In this document: positions 8,435 through 18,464 of the stretch, one piece after another
How positions within the stretch are numbered: the stretch's first letter is position 1
How the letters are laid out: every line of letters starts with the position of its first letter
Origin: Tepidisphaera sp.
GTDB lineage: Bacteria > Planctomycetota > Phycisphaerae > Phycisphaerales > UBA1924
DNA length: 64,000 nt
Direction of reading: 5' to 3'
NCBI GenBank assembly: GCA_050916045.1
Contig: CP051526.1
Span: 992,001-1,056,000 of the forward strand
The notes under the pieces: model-generated
What the model was told of the DNA's origin: nothing
Database searches by the model: none
What the model saw: the letters and a program-made list of their open reading frames with translations, nothing else
Position numbers and translations under genes: made by a program

Positions 8435-9145
8435 ATGTCCATCGTCCCCGCGAACATCCGCCCCGCCATCGACTTCTGCCTCGTGCACGCCACCGTGTGG
8501 CAGGCCAACGCTTTGGCCATCGGGCTGACCGCCGGGCAAGCCACGGCGTTCAAGAACGCGGCGACGGCGGCGGACACTTCGTTTGTGGCGCGCGAGAACG
8601 CGGCCAACGCGGCCAAGGCGGCGACGGTGAATCAGGCCAGCGCGGTCTCGGCGATGCGCATCAGCGCGGCCGACACGCTGCGGTCCATTAAGGCGTTCGC
8701 CGAGGCGAGCGCGAACCCGGCGGCGGTGTACGCGATTGCCCAGATCCCGCCGCCCGCGACGCCCAGCCCTCGCCCGGCACCCGGGCAGCCGACGGACTTT
8801 AAAGTGAACCTCAATCCCGGCGGCTCGATCACGCTCAAGTGGAAATGCCCGAACCCGGCGGGCTCGACCGGCACCGTGTACCACGTCTATCGCAGGATCG
8901 GCGGGGCCGAGTCGCCCGTGACGGACCTTGGCACCATCGGCGTCCGCGAATTCACCGACGAGACCGTCCCCTCCTCTGCAGGGGGCGTGGGGGTCGTGTA
9001 CATCGTGCAGGCGCAGCGGGCGGAACTGCTCGGCGCGGCGTCGCTGCCGATGACGGTCCAGTTCGGCGTCGGCGGCGGCGGAAGCTTGGCCATTACAGCG
9101 GCTTTCACCGGCGCGGGACCGGTGCAGGTCAAGAACGCGGCGTGA
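8435..9145 (+). CDS. Hypothetical protein: Ala-rich helical N-domain, Pro linker, fibronectin type III-like C-domain
   Basis: AAGGAG RBS; PGQPTDFKV...ITLKWK...YHVYRR...FTDETV...YIVQAQR fits the FN3 pattern; no signal peptide; ends KNAA. Confidence 0.7.
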   Translation: MSIVPANIRPAIDFCLVHATVWQANALAIGLTAGQATAFKNAATAADTSFVARENAANAAKAATVNQASAVSAMRISAADTLRSIKAFAEASANPAAVYAIAQIPPPATPSPRPAPGQPTDFKVNLNPGGSITLKWKCPNPAGSTGTVYHVYRRIGGAESPVTDLGTIGVREFTDETVPSSAGGVGVVYIVQAQRAELLGAASLPMTVQFGVGGGGSLAITAAFTGAGPVQVKNAA

Positions 9146-9856
9146 TCAGACGCCCAGCACGCCGCCCAAACCCGTCAAGCCGAGGGGCTCTTTGGTGTAG
9201 AAACCTTCGGCGGCTTTGCAGCCGATGCGTGAGCCCAGGTAGAGGTCCTGGGCCCGCAGCCATTCGACGACATCCCGGTTCTTCGCGTGGTCGATGAATT
9301 GGCTCTTGTACGCGAGGATCGCGCGGATCTTGGCTTCGTGGGTGGTTGTGGTGTCGATCAGGAACGTCGGGTCGGGCATGCGCCGCAGGTGCGAGCAGTA
9401 GTAGTAGAAGAGCCACTTGGGATACAAGGGCGGGCCGATCGTGTCAAAGCCCGGCGGCACAGGCATCTCAACTTTGGTGAGTTTGGCGTCGAACCGGGCG
9501 TCCTCGACGATCCGCGTCGTCGCGAGGTGGTCGGGGTGGGCATCCTCGGGGTGCGGGCAGAAGACGATGGTGGCCTGGTGGGCTCGGATCAGGCCCGCGA
9601 CCATGTGCCGTGCTTCGAGGGTGTGCTGCACGCGGCGGTTGGGGAGGTCGAGCAGGACGCGCTTGACCCCGAGGACCTTCGCGGCCTCGGCGGCTTCAGC
9701 CAGTCGAGTGGGCCGATCGCCCACAGGCGTCGGGCAGCCGTCGGTCATGTCGCAAAGCAGCACATCATGCCCCTGCGCGATCAGCAGGGCGATGGTGCCC
9801 CCCATGCCGATCTCTTGATCGTCTGGGTGCGGGCCGACTACGAGTATCTTTGCCAT
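9146..9856 (-). CDS. PIG-L family deacetylase (BshB1-like)
   Basis: GPHPDDQEIGMGG and DAHPDH zinc motifs, AILAYKSQF, AEGF. Confidence 0.85.
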   Translation of the reverse strand: MAKILVVGPHPDDQEIGMGGTIALLIAQGHDVLLCDMTDGCPTPVGDRPTRLAEAAEAAKVLGVKRVLLDLPNRRVQHTLEARHMVAGLIRAHQATIVFCPHPEDAHPDHLATTRIVEDARFDAKLTKVEMPVPPGFDTIGPPLYPKWLFYYYCSHLRRMPDPTFLIDTTTTHEAKIRAILAYKSQFIDHAKNRDVVEWLRAQDLYLGSRIGCKAAEGFYTKEPLGLTGLGGVLGV

Positions 9857-9858
9857 CG

Positions 9859-10347
9859 CTACCTCGCTGATTGGACTGTGCGGGTCATTTTGCGACGCAA
9901 CCGGGGGCCGCCCGTGCCCCAGTTCGACTCTTCCCCTGCCAGATACTCCTCGCGGGTTACTTCGCGACCGTCGGGTGTGTAGTGTCTGGTCGTGGGTGCA
10001 TCGACGGGCGACGCGCCATTGACGTAGTAAATCTTCTGGGAGATCGAGCCGTCGTCGCGGAGGTACACGCCCCACCCCTCCATGCCAGGGCCCCAGTCGG
10101 TCTGGAAGACCGGCGTGCCGTCGGGCTTGAACCATTCGGATCGCGACATCCGACTCCCGTAGTAGTATTCGACAAGCATGGGCTGCTCGGGAGCGTCGGC
10201 GTAGTAGTAGCGGATGACGCCGGTCCCCCAACAGGACATACCGTCTTTGCCTTTTCTCAGCGTTCCCGGTATCCGCGGCACGATGAAGTACGCCGCGACG
10301 ACAAGGGTCACGATCGATCCAGCGATGATGAGCGTCCGATGTCGCAT
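9859..10347 (-). CDS. Membrane-anchored protein with MORN-variant/YwqK-like short repeats
   Basis: N-terminal TM helix followed by repeated WFKPDG / YLRDDG / HYTPDG segments. Confidence 0.55.
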   Translation of the reverse strand: MRHRTLIIAGSIVTLVVAAYFIVPRIPGTLRKGKDGMSCWGTGVIRYYYADAPEQPMLVEYYYGSRMSRSEWFKPDGTPVFQTDWGPGMEGWGVYLRDDGSISQKIYYVNGASPVDAPTTRHYTPDGREVTREEYLAGEESNWGTGGPRLRRKMTRTVQSAR

Positions 10348-10418
10348 GCTGAACGTTGTCCCGTCTCTCACTGTTCGCGCGTCGCGGTTCGCCATTCCCG
10401 ATCGCGTCCGCGATCGCT

Positions 10419-10880
10419 TCAGTCCGCCCCAGCTTTGACGGTGATCAAGCCGAGGAGGACGGTCTGTTGCTGGTCCGGGGCGGTTCCGGTCTGCGTGCCC
10501 GACGTCTCAAGCTGAGCCAGCGCGATGATGTCGGGGATGTACGCCGCGAAGAACCCACCCGCCCGGAACCGCTCGCCGTTCTCATCCACGAACGCTTCGA
10601 GCGGGAGCGTCACCGTTTCGCCGACCGCGATGGACCGGATGTCGTACGCGTACCGGCGGTTGATCCAGATCGTGCTCGGGCCGAAAGCCCGCGGCGTCGT
10701 GTTCGTGAACTCGACCTCCCGCGACCGCCGGAAGACCTGAATGTCGAGCGTGCCGAATTGGGGCATCGCCTGCGGGTACGCCCGGGCCGTCGCGCCCGCG
10801 TCGGGGGTTGACTGGCAGCCGGCGAAGAGGGCCGCGGCGGCGGTGAAAGCCAGCATTGCGATCGTGGTTCGGGTCTTCAC
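10419..10880 (-). CDS. Hypothetical lipoprotein
   Basis: Signal peptide with lipobox FAGC. Confidence 0.65.
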   Translation of the reverse strand: MKTRTTIAMLAFTAAAALFAGCQSTPDAGATARAYPQAMPQFGTLDIQVFRRSREVEFTNTTPRAFGPSTIWINRRYAYDIRSIAVGETVTLPLEAFVDENGERFRAGGFFAAYIPDIIALAQLETSGTQTGTAPDQQQTVLLGLITVKAGAD

Positions 10881-10953
10881 GCGGGCATCCTAAGCACCGA
10901 CGCCGGGCTTGGGTGCCTGCGGCGGCGGGGGGAAAGGTCTCTTACCATCCCGC

Positions 10954-12351
10954 ATGTCCGTCTCCCCCGAGTCCAACAACGCCACGCTTCCCACACCCGC
11001 GATCGCTCCGGGAGGGGAGGACATCGATGTTCGGTGCGCTGCCGAGCGGATCGCCTCTCGCGGCATGGACAAGCGGGTGCTCGCGGCGGTCCCGGCCTTT
11101 GACGCCCCCTTCTTCCAAGCCGGCCTCGCCGGATACTCCGACGCCGCCATGCGTCTGATCGCTCGCCGCCACGGTTGCCCCTTCTGCGTCACCGAAGCTC
11201 TGCTCGACCGCACGCTCATCGCCGGAGGCCGAGGCTTCACCAAAGCCGACCTCGGCGAACTTCACGAGAACATCCCCGGCGGCCCCGAGGACCATCCTCT
11301 CGCGTGCCAGATCATGGGGAGCGATCCCGAGGAAATGGCCGCCGCCGCGCTCAAAGCCGCCGAGCAGGGCAAACGCGGCAACCGCTTCTACCGCCGCATG
11401 GCCTACCGGGGCTCGCTTTCCCCCGACTTCTCGATGCCCCTCCGCCTCCCTGGCGGCGAACAGCTCGACCCGACGGAGGGCCTCGCCGCCGGCGAGGGCT
11501 GCGAGGATGAAACCTGCGAGACCCTCATCGATGAGATCAACGCCGTCGATGGAGACGGCGAAGAAAGCCGCGACCTCACGGGGCCACGAGATCACGAAGA
11601 CAAGCCCGACGCCGTGACGGCTTCCCTCTCTTTCGAGACCATCGACGTCAATCTCGCGTGCCCGGTGAAGAAGATCAAGTCCAAAGCCCGCGGCGGGCAC
11701 TGGCTCGCGGACCCGGCGGGGGCCATCCGGATCCTCGAAGCCGTCCGCGACGCCGTGCCGCGCGACATCCCCTGCACCGTCAAAATCCGCCGCAGCTTCG
11801 ACGACACGCCGGAGATGATCGGCAACATCCACGCGATTCTCGACGCTTGCCAGCGGATGGGTTACGCCTGGGCCACCGTCCACGCCCGCACCGTGCTTCA
11901 GAAGTACGTGGGCCCCAGCCGCTGGGACCTCCTCAAGGGGATCGTCGCCAAGCACCCGGATTTCCCGATCTTCGGCTCGGGGGATGTCTGGGAAGCCGGC
12001 GACATCTTCCGCATGATGGAGTACACGGGCGTAGTGGGGGCTTCCGTCGCTCGCGGCTGCATCGGCAACCCCTGGATTTTCCGCCAGGCTCGCGACCTCC
12101 TCGCGGGGCGCGACCCCCGTCCGCCGACAGTCGCCGAGCAACGGGCCGTGCTCGAACAGCACTTCCGGCTCCTGCTCGCCGTCAATGCCGGGATGCGGCA
12201 GACCGAGGAAACGACGAGCCGAATGATGCGGAAATTCGGCATCCGCTTCTCCGTGCACCACCCGCGAGCAGAAGAGGTGCGTCGTGGAATGATCGCGGTC
12301 GCGTCCCACGCAGATTGGAACGCCCTGCTTGAACGCGAGTACGCCGGATAG
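10954..12351 (+). CDS. tRNA-dihydrouridine synthase (Dus family) with an acidic insertion
   Basis: QAGLAGYSD, QIMGSDPEEMA, IDVNLACPVKK, TVKIR, TVHART, GSGDV, VARGCIGNPWIF. Confidence 0.9.
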   Translation: MSVSPESNNATLPTPAIAPGGEDIDVRCAAERIASRGMDKRVLAAVPAFDAPFFQAGLAGYSDAAMRLIARRHGCPFCVTEALLDRTLIAGGRGFTKADLGELHENIPGGPEDHPLACQIMGSDPEEMAAAALKAAEQGKRGNRFYRRMAYRGSLSPDFSMPLRLPGGEQLDPTEGLAAGEGCEDETCETLIDEINAVDGDGEESRDLTGPRDHEDKPDAVTASLSFETIDVNLACPVKKIKSKARGGHWLADPAGAIRILEAVRDAVPRDIPCTVKIRRSFDDTPEMIGNIHAILDACQRMGYAWATVHARTVLQKYVGPSRWDLLKGIVAKHPDFPIFGSGDVWEAGDIFRMMEYTGVVGASVARGCIGNPWIFRQARDLLAGRDPRPPTVAEQRAVLEQHFRLLLAVNAGMRQTEETTSRMMRKFGIRFSVHHPRAEEVRRGMIAVASHADWNALLEREYAG

Positions 12352-12394
12352 GCCGCGTGCCGCAACCCTTGCTCGATCTCGCGCGTAGACAAGC

Positions 12395-13021
12395 ATGCGA
12401 CTGCAATGGCACAGATCGATCGCGTGCGCCGCGTTGGCCTTGACCGCGACCATCGGATCCGGTTGTGACCGCGAGCAGGATCGCGTGCAAGCGACCGCTT
12501 CGCTCGCCGCTTCCCCGGCGGGTGGTCGGGCCGCCGCGGCCGCCCAGTTCGTCCGTCTCATGGCGGCGGGCAAGGTCACCACCGAGACCATGATCGATTC
12601 CGCGTGGAACGCCGTCGATCAGGCTGCGGCGGGGACGAACGCCCAGGCGAGCATCGACGCGACGACCTTCGCCGGAGCCGTGCTCGACGCGATCGCCGCC
12701 CGCGAGCCGGAACTGCTCAAGCAGGTCGGCGGCGGTGAGTTCGAACTCTTCTGGATGAAGGTCGGCGGCTTGGCGTACAAAGCCGCCGAGGAAGCACACG
12801 CCAAGGGCCGCGTCGCCGAAGCCCTCACGCTCGTCTTTGGCGGCGGCGGCCGCTGGCAGACCGAAGCCTACTGGAACCGCCAAAGCCACCACGACGCGGT
12901 CGCGGCGCTCGTCCTGTTCAAGTCGGGCCAGCGGGCTCAGGCCGTGCAGCGCCTCGAATCCCGGGCGGACCTCCAGCCCCCGGCGACCGACGTGCTCGCC
13001 GCGATCCGGGCGGCCCGCTGA
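12395..13021 (+). CDS. Hypothetical helical lipoprotein
   Basis: Signal peptide with GSGC lipobox-like site; Ala-rich helical sequence. Confidence 0.6.
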   Translation: MRLQWHRSIACAALALTATIGSGCDREQDRVQATASLAASPAGGRAAAAAQFVRLMAAGKVTTETMIDSAWNAVDQAAAGTNAQASIDATTFAGAVLDAIAAREPELLKQVGGGEFELFWMKVGGLAYKAAEEAHAKGRVAEALTLVFGGGGRWQTEAYWNRQSHHDAVAALVLFKSGQRAQAVQRLESRADLQPPATDVLAAIRAAR

Positions 13022-13260
13022 CGCGTCACCCCAGGCCGCAAAACCCTCGAAACCCGCGAATTCCCGGGTTTGGCGCCGTTCGGCAGATTCTGCCTGAAAT
13101 CCGCACGCTTGTTGCGCGTTTTGGTCCGCTTTCGCGGCGATCTCCGGGGACCTTGTTTCTTTCTCTGTGATCCCCTGCGATCGCGTGGGACCGGCCGGTC
13201 CCGGCGAAGGCCCGGACCCGGTCTCGGAATCCTGCGAAGGCCGCCCCCGTGCGCCGGTCT

Positions 13261-13286
13261 GAATCCAAGTGTGAAGCGGGGGCGAA
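13261..13286 (+). promoter_or_regulatory. Possible ECF sigma (SigK-type) promoter, ATCC-N16-CGAA
   Basis: GAATCC aagtgtgaagcggggg CGAA, about 90 nt upstream of the fasciclin gene. Confidence 0.3.
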
Positions 13287-13375
13287 GTAGTTGCGTCGGG
13301 CGGGTCTGCCGCGACGGGCTCTGTGTGAGAGCCTCGCGTCAAGCGGCCTGTTCCCGACTTCAACGGAGCTTCTCG

Positions 13376-14356
13376 ATGAATGCGACTTCCATGGTTGCGG
13401 TGTGGTCCCTCGTCCTCGTCGCCGGTTCGGCGATGGCCCAGTCCTCCTGCACGGCCGGTTCCAAGACGGCTTCCTCGACCTGCAGCGGCGAGAAGCTGAC
13501 CGCCAAGGAGACCGTTGAAGAGGGCGCGGAAGGCGATATCGTCGAGACCGCGGTCGCCGCCGGGAGCTTCAAGACCCTCGCCGCCGCTCTCAAGGCCGCC
13601 GACCTCGTCGACGCCCTCAAGGGCAAGGGCCCCTTCACCGTCTTCGCCCCGACCGACGAAGCTTTCGCCAAGCTCCCCAAGGGCACGCTTGAGACCCTTC
13701 TCAAGCCTGAGAACAAAGCCAAACTTCAGTCGATCCTGAAGTACCACGTCCTCAGCGGCGCGGTCTTCGCCAAGGACGTCAAGACCATGTCCGCCGAGAC
13801 CCTCGACGGCCAGCGCATCGACCTCAAGGTCGAGACCAAGGGCAAGGACACGACCGTCATGATCGACAAGGCCAAGGTCACGGCCACGGACATCAAGGCC
13901 ACCAACGGCGTGATCCACGTCATTGACTCGGTCATCCTCCCCAGCGACAAGACGGTCGTCGAGACCGCCGCCGCGGCCAGCGAGTTCAAGACCCTCGCCA
14001 CCCTCATCGAGAAGGCCGGCCTCGTCGACGTCCTCAACGGCAAGGGCCCCTTCACCGTCTTCGCCCCCACCGACGCGGCTTTCGCCAAGCTCCCCAAGGA
14101 GACCGTCGAAGCCCTCCTCAAGCCTGAGAACAAGGCCCAGCTCGTCGAGATCCTCAAGTATCACGTCGTCTCTGGCCGCATCTTCTCCGACGCCGCCCTC
14201 AAGGCTGGCAAGGCCAAGACCCTCCAGGGCGGCGAAGTCGCCATCAAGTCCGAAGGCGGCAAGGCGACCGTCGGCGGCGCGGGCCTCACGGCCACCGACC
14301 TCGACGCCAGCAACGGTGTGATCCACGTGATCGACACCGTCCTGCTCCCCAAGTAA
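13376..14356 (+). CDS. Secreted fasciclin protein with two FAS1 domains
   Basis: Signal peptide; two copies of [13 protein letters not shown]...ILKYHV...[10 protein letters not shown]. Confidence 0.95.
   Translation: MNATSMVAVWSLVLVAGSAMAQSSCTAGSKTASSTCSGEKLTAKETVEEGAEGDIVETAVAAGSFKTLAAALKAADLVDALKGKGPFTVFAPTDEAFAKLPKGTLETLLKPENKAKLQSILKYHVLSGAVFAKDVKTMSAETLDGQRIDLKVETKGKDTTVMIDKAKVTATDIKATNGVIHVIDSVILPSDKTVVETAAAASEFKTLATLIEKAGLVDVLNGKGPFTVFAPTDAAFAKLPKETVEALLKPENKAQLVEILKYHVVSGRIFSDAALKAGKAKTLQGGEVAIKSEGGKATVGGAGLTATDLDASNGVIHVIDTVLLPK
13624..14138 (+). repeat. Intragenic direct repeat (two FAS1 coding units, 417-bp offset)
   Basis: caagggccccttcaccgtcttcgcccc...gctttcgccaagctccccaag at about 13624 and about 14041. 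Confidence 0.8.
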
Positions 14357-14502
14357 TCCCCGGGTGGGGTTTGTTCCAACAGTGGTGACCTGAGACTCGA
14401 TCCGAGTCTCCCCTCGCGGGCGCGATGCGGCAGGCGTCGCGCCCGCTTTCCTTGCGGGCTGGTCCTCGATTCGTCCGGGCTGGGCCGCATGCCGCCGCCG
14501 GC

Positions 14503-17500
14503 TTACTTGCGCTCGCGGATGAAGATGTTGGCGAACTGGATCGGGTCGCCGTGATTCTGAAGGGCGATGGGCCCCTCGGGATTGACGCCCGGAAGCTGCG
14601 CCTGGTCGATCACCTTCACGCCGTTCAGCGTGACCGTCAGCCGGTCGCCCTTCATGACGGCGTGGATGCGATTCCACTCGCCGATGGGACGGTCGGCGAC
14701 GGCTTTGGGCGTGACGCCGGCCTTGATGGCGGCGGGCATGGCGGGGTCGGTGCGGTACCCGTAGACCTCGCCCGAGCCGATCGGCCAGCACCAGATGTTG
14801 ATCTGGCTCTTGTCGGATCCGCGAAGGTAGATGCCTGAATCACCCGCGCTCATGACCTTGGCCATCACGGTCTGGCCGTTCTCATCCTTCTTGCTCTCGC
14901 CGCTGGGCAGGATGACCGGGTACTCCACTTCCTTGGGCTGGCCCGTCCAGCGCCAGTCCGCGATCAGCTCAAAGTCCTTGTACGACTTCTCCGACCAGAG
15001 GTGGTCGGCTTTCCCGTCAAAGCTGAGCGTCCAATCCTCCGCTTTCCAGTGGTCGGCCATGCCGGGCTTCGCCTTCCAGCCGTCGAGATTGAGGCCGTTG
15101 TAAAGCGGTACCCACCCATCCGCGCCGGTCGCGATCTGCGCGGGCTCGAGGGGCGTCGCCGAGTCGGGAAGCTTCTTCAGACGGATGTTTCGGAAATCGA
15201 TGGGACCACCCTCGGACTCCAGGCAGATGTAGCCCTTCCGCGGCGAACAGTTCTTGCCGCGCGTCACGACCTTCCCGTTGACCGCCAGGGAGATCTCTCC
15301 GTTCTGACAGACCACGCGGTAGTGGTTCCACGCCGGCGAAGCGTTCATCCGTGCTTCGGTCGGATACGCCCGGTCGCCGCCGTTGGGCCTGGGGTTGAGC
15401 GGGGTCATCTTGGCGCCATGGATCGGGAAGATGTCCCCGTCAGAGGTGTACCAATCCCCCTTGAGGCCGTCCATCACCTGGACTTCGATGCTCCGCGTGA
15501 ACGGCTGGCCCCGCGCGGTCAGAGCGTCGGACCAGACGAAGAGCCCGGCGTTCCCGCCCGCCCGCAGGTGCCGCCATTCCAGCTCGAGGATGAAGTTCTC
15601 GTACATCTCCGCCGTGCGGATCACGCCCGTGGGCACGCCCGTGCAGCGGATGATCGGCATTCCCGCTTCATCCTTACCCACGGTGAAAGTGGAGGGGGCG
15701 CAGTTCACATTGACCCAGCCGCCCGCTTCGCCGAAGAGATCCTTGCCGTTGAAGATCGGCACAAGCCCCTCATCCGTTCCGCGGAAAGGCTCGACCGCGA
15801 GCGCGAGGTCCACGACGGCGTCGTTCCAGCCGTCCGTGCGGAACGGAGCCGCCGGCAGGCCCGCGCCGCTGACGAGGTTGGTCTCGCAGTCGTCGTCCCA
15901 CGCGTAGCGGACATGCACGGGTTTGGCGATGGCGGGGCTGCTGACGATCACGGAGTCGCCGTCGATCTTGGCTTCCGCCCGCACGAATCGCTTGTTCTCT
16001 CCGGCGATCAGGAAGTGACGCGGAGCCTGCCCATCCGAGGTCTTGAGCCCGTCCACTTCCGCGAGCTTGACGCGGATGGACGAGCCTTCGACGGCAAAGC
16101 TCGCCATGGTCGGCCCGCGGAATGCGAGCGAAGCCTCGCCGTACACCTTCGCGCGGGCCCAGAGGGCAAGGCGCCGTCCGACTTCCCGCTTGTTGGTCGG
16201 GTGGATGTCCTTGGGGTCGCCGATGTCCATCGTGATCGCCAAGCCCGCGGCTTTGTCGGCGGCGACGGCTTTGGCCTGCTGCTCGCGGATCGCCGCCGTC
16301 TCGCCCTTGTCACCCCCGTAGGTGAACGGCGCGAGTTGGACGACGCCGAAAGCCATCTCCGGCGATTGGAACTGCTTCCGCCAGTCCGCGAAGAGCCCGG
16401 TGAGCATCGACCCGTAAAGCGGGCCATCGCCGCGATTGGACTCGCCCTGGTACCAGAGCGCCCCACGCAGCGTGTGCGGCACCAGCGTCGCGATCATCCC
16501 GTTGTACAGATACGACGGAGCCGACCAGACCTGAACGTCCGTCGCGGGCACCGAGCCGATCTCGGCGACCGTGGGGCCCTTCAAGTACTTCCATGAGCCC
16601 GCGAGCGGAATGGTCGCGCCCCCCTCGATCCGCACCGCAAGCATCTCCGGCTTGCTCGAAACCCCGCCGATCCCGCCCAAGCCGCTGGTGTCCAGCACCC
16701 GCACGGCGAGCACGTTCCTTCCGGCGACGAGCACCCCGGCGGGGACGGCGTACTCGCGGGCGACGTTCCACTTGCCATCATCCCGGGTCGCGCCGACGAG
16801 CTTTCCGTTGATCCACGCGTCGTCTCGGTCGTCGATGGGGCCCAGCGTCAGGGTCGCGGCTTTGCCGGCGCTCGCGGCGGGGACTTCGAACGCGACGCGC
16901 TGGTAAAGCACGCCGTTGAACTGATCCAGCCCGTCGCCCATCGCCGCGTTCCACGAAGAAGGCACGGGGATCGTCTTCCACGCCGAATCATCAAACCCCG
17001 GAGCCGACCAGCCCGCGCCGAGCTTGGGCCCTTTCGCGTCAAACGAGGTCCACCAGCGCTCCACCGCGCTGCCTGTGAGCTCGCCCCGGCGGTTGGGGTC
17101 GCGCAGGGCATCCATCACCGACGCCAGCTCGCGGGTGTGCGGAAAGGTCGCGGCCGCTTCCTGGCTCAGCCAGGGCTCGATCCGCGTTCCGCCCCAGTTG
17201 CAATGGATCAGCCCGACGGGGACGCCGAGCTTGGCCCGAAGCTCGCGGCCGAAGGAGTATCCGACCGCGGAGAAGTCCCTGACCGTCGCGGGGGTGGTGG
17301 GGGTCCAGCTTCCGCGGTTGTCCGACCGCGGCCACAAGCTCGGCTCCTGCTCGACCCGGAAAAGCTTGAGGCCCGCGTCGTTGCCGCTCGCGATCTCCTT
17401 CTCCGCGTCCGTCGAAGCACGCACCGGCCATTCCATGTTCGACTGCCCGCCGCACAACCAAACCTCGCCGATCAGCACTTCATTCACGGTCACCGTGTTG

Positions 17501-17775
17501 TTCCCGGTGACGACGAAGGACTGCGGCCCTTTCGCGTCCGAAGCCGCGGGGGTCTTCAGCCTGACGATCCAGCGGCCGTCCGGGCCGGCTTTCGTCTCGC
17601 CCGTCGCGCCCCACGACGCTTTGACGGACACGGCTTCGCCCGATGATGCGAACCCGAAAATCGCCGCATCCGTGTTCTGCTGAAGCACGCATCCGTCAGA
17701 AAGAATGCGCGGCATCCGAACATCGGCGTTGGCGGCGGCGGTGAGAAGGACAAAGGGAACGATGGACAGTCGCAT
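14503..17775 (-). CDS. Secreted sialate O-acetylesterase (SASA, with inserted sugar-binding domain) fused to two DUF1080 (3-keto-glycoside-processing) domains
   Basis: GEVWLCGGQSNM, WGGTRIEPW, WYQGESN, DIHPTNK; then IFNGKDL...NAGLFV...WNHYRV...GYICLESEG...FRNIRLK and LYNGLNLDGW...DSGIYLR...WNRIHA...GPIALQNHG. Confidence 0.85.
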   Translation of the reverse strand: MRLSIVPFVLLTAAANADVRMPRILSDGCVLQQNTDAAIFGFASSGEAVSVKASWGATGETKAGPDGRWIVRLKTPAASDAKGPQSFVVTGNNTVTVNEVLIGEVWLCGGQSNMEWPVRASTDAEKEIASGNDAGLKLFRVEQEPSLWPRSDNRGSWTPTTPATVRDFSAVGYSFGRELRAKLGVPVGLIHCNWGGTRIEPWLSQEAAATFPHTRELASVMDALRDPNRRGELTGSAVERWWTSFDAKGPKLGAGWSAPGFDDSAWKTIPVPSSWNAAMGDGLDQFNGVLYQRVAFEVPAASAGKAATLTLGPIDDRDDAWINGKLVGATRDDGKWNVAREYAVPAGVLVAGRNVLAVRVLDTSGLGGIGGVSSKPEMLAVRIEGGATIPLAGSWKYLKGPTVAEIGSVPATDVQVWSAPSYLYNGMIATLVPHTLRGALWYQGESNRGDGPLYGSMLTGLFADWRKQFQSPEMAFGVVQLAPFTYGGDKGETAAIREQQAKAVAADKAAGLAITMDIGDPKDIHPTNKREVGRRLALWARAKVYGEASLAFRGPTMASFAVEGSSIRVKLAEVDGLKTSDGQAPRHFLIAGENKRFVRAEAKIDGDSVIVSSPAIAKPVHVRYAWDDDCETNLVSGAGLPAAPFRTDGWNDAVVDLALAVEPFRGTDEGLVPIFNGKDLFGEAGGWVNVNCAPSTFTVGKDEAGMPIIRCTGVPTGVIRTAEMYENFILELEWRHLRAGGNAGLFVWSDALTARGQPFTRSIEVQVMDGLKGDWYTSDGDIFPIHGAKMTPLNPRPNGGDRAYPTEARMNASPAWNHYRVVCQNGEISLAVNGKVVTRGKNCSPRKGYICLESEGGPIDFRNIRLKKLPDSATPLEPAQIATGADGWVPLYNGLNLDGWKAKPGMADHWKAEDWTLSFDGKADHLWSEKSYKDFELIADWRWTGQPKEVEYPVILPSGESKKDENGQTVMAKVMSAGDSGIYLRGSDKSQINIWCWPIGSGEVYGYRTDPAMPAAIKAGVTPKAVADRPIGEWNRIHAVMKGDRLTVTLNGVKVIDQAQLPGVNPEGPIALQNHGDPIQFANIFIRERK

Positions 17776-17849
17776 AAGCACCTCGGAGTGAATGGGGAGC
17801 GATTGCAGCGTACCAGACTTCGGGTAAGCTGGAGGCATCCGGAGGTTGC

Positions 17850-18464
17850 ATGCGACCCAATCCTCGCCGGGCCGGACTTGTGTCTCTCCTGTGGTTCTCC
17901 ACACTGCTGCTCTTTTTCGTTGTCGTCAACTACATCGGTGCGACTTTGCTTGTCCTGCCGCGATTCGCTGTGGGTCCCTCTCCCAAAGTCACCGACCTCG
18001 ACCCCGAACTCCGGTGGCCCTCGTGGACGCCGGTGCCGTGGCCGACACCCAAGTCGGTCTACACGGAGACCACCTTTGGGCGGAAGTCCTACAACGCCTT
18101 CGGCCCGGCACCGGACAAACCCGGCGTCAACTCCTTTCAAATGCAAGCCGCGGAGTATGGCTGGCCCATGCCCGTGATCGTGCATTCTCAGCGATGGTGG
18201 GACTGGGGTAATCCCTCGCTCGTGCCACCGGGCAAGACCGCGAACGAACTGAACGACCTTCAGGTCGAGATAAAGCCGTTCGGACTCATCATCCCGGCGA
18301 TCGGAGCGGCGGGCCTCGTGTGGCTTCCGACGGCGGGACTCTGGCTTTTCGTGAGGCACCGCCGGGCTCAGCGTAAACGTTGCGTGGAGTGCGGCTATCC
18401 CGCCGGCGCTGCGCCGGTTTGCACCGAGTGCGGCTCCGCCTTCGACCAGGCCGTCACACGCTGA
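17850..18464 (+). CDS. Membrane protein with C-terminal zinc ribbon
   Basis: Two TM segments; ends [19 protein letters not shown]. Confidence 0.7.
   Translation: MRPNPRRAGLVSLLWFSTLLLFFVVVNYIGATLLVLPRFAVGPSPKVTDLDPELRWPSWTPVPWPTPKSVYTETTFGRKSYNAFGPAPDKPGVNSFQMQAAEYGWPMPVIVHSQRWWDWGNPSLVPPGKTANELNDLQVEIKPFGLIIPAIGAAGLVWLPTAGLWLFVRHRRAQRKRCVECGYPAGAAPVCTECGSAFDQAVTR

Noticed and set aside
7923..8528. ORFs running through the repeat array (7923-8528 +, 7805-8884 -, 7762-8121 -)
   Set aside because: They stay open because the period is a multiple of 3 in GC-rich DNA. They have no clear RBS, overlap better-supported genes and give implausible translations. Coding is not fully excluded.
11371..11630. 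Intein in the Dus gene
   Set aside because: No N-terminal Cys/Ser block, no C-terminal His-Asn followed by Cys/Ser/Thr, and too short and low-complexity.
12182..14791. Long antisense ORFs (e.g. 12182-14791 -, 24963-27542 -, 29313-31481 +, 52954-55599 +, 39134-40918 -)
   Set aside because: Typical antisense shadows of high-GC3 genes; they mirror well-supported genes on the other strand and show no family motifs.
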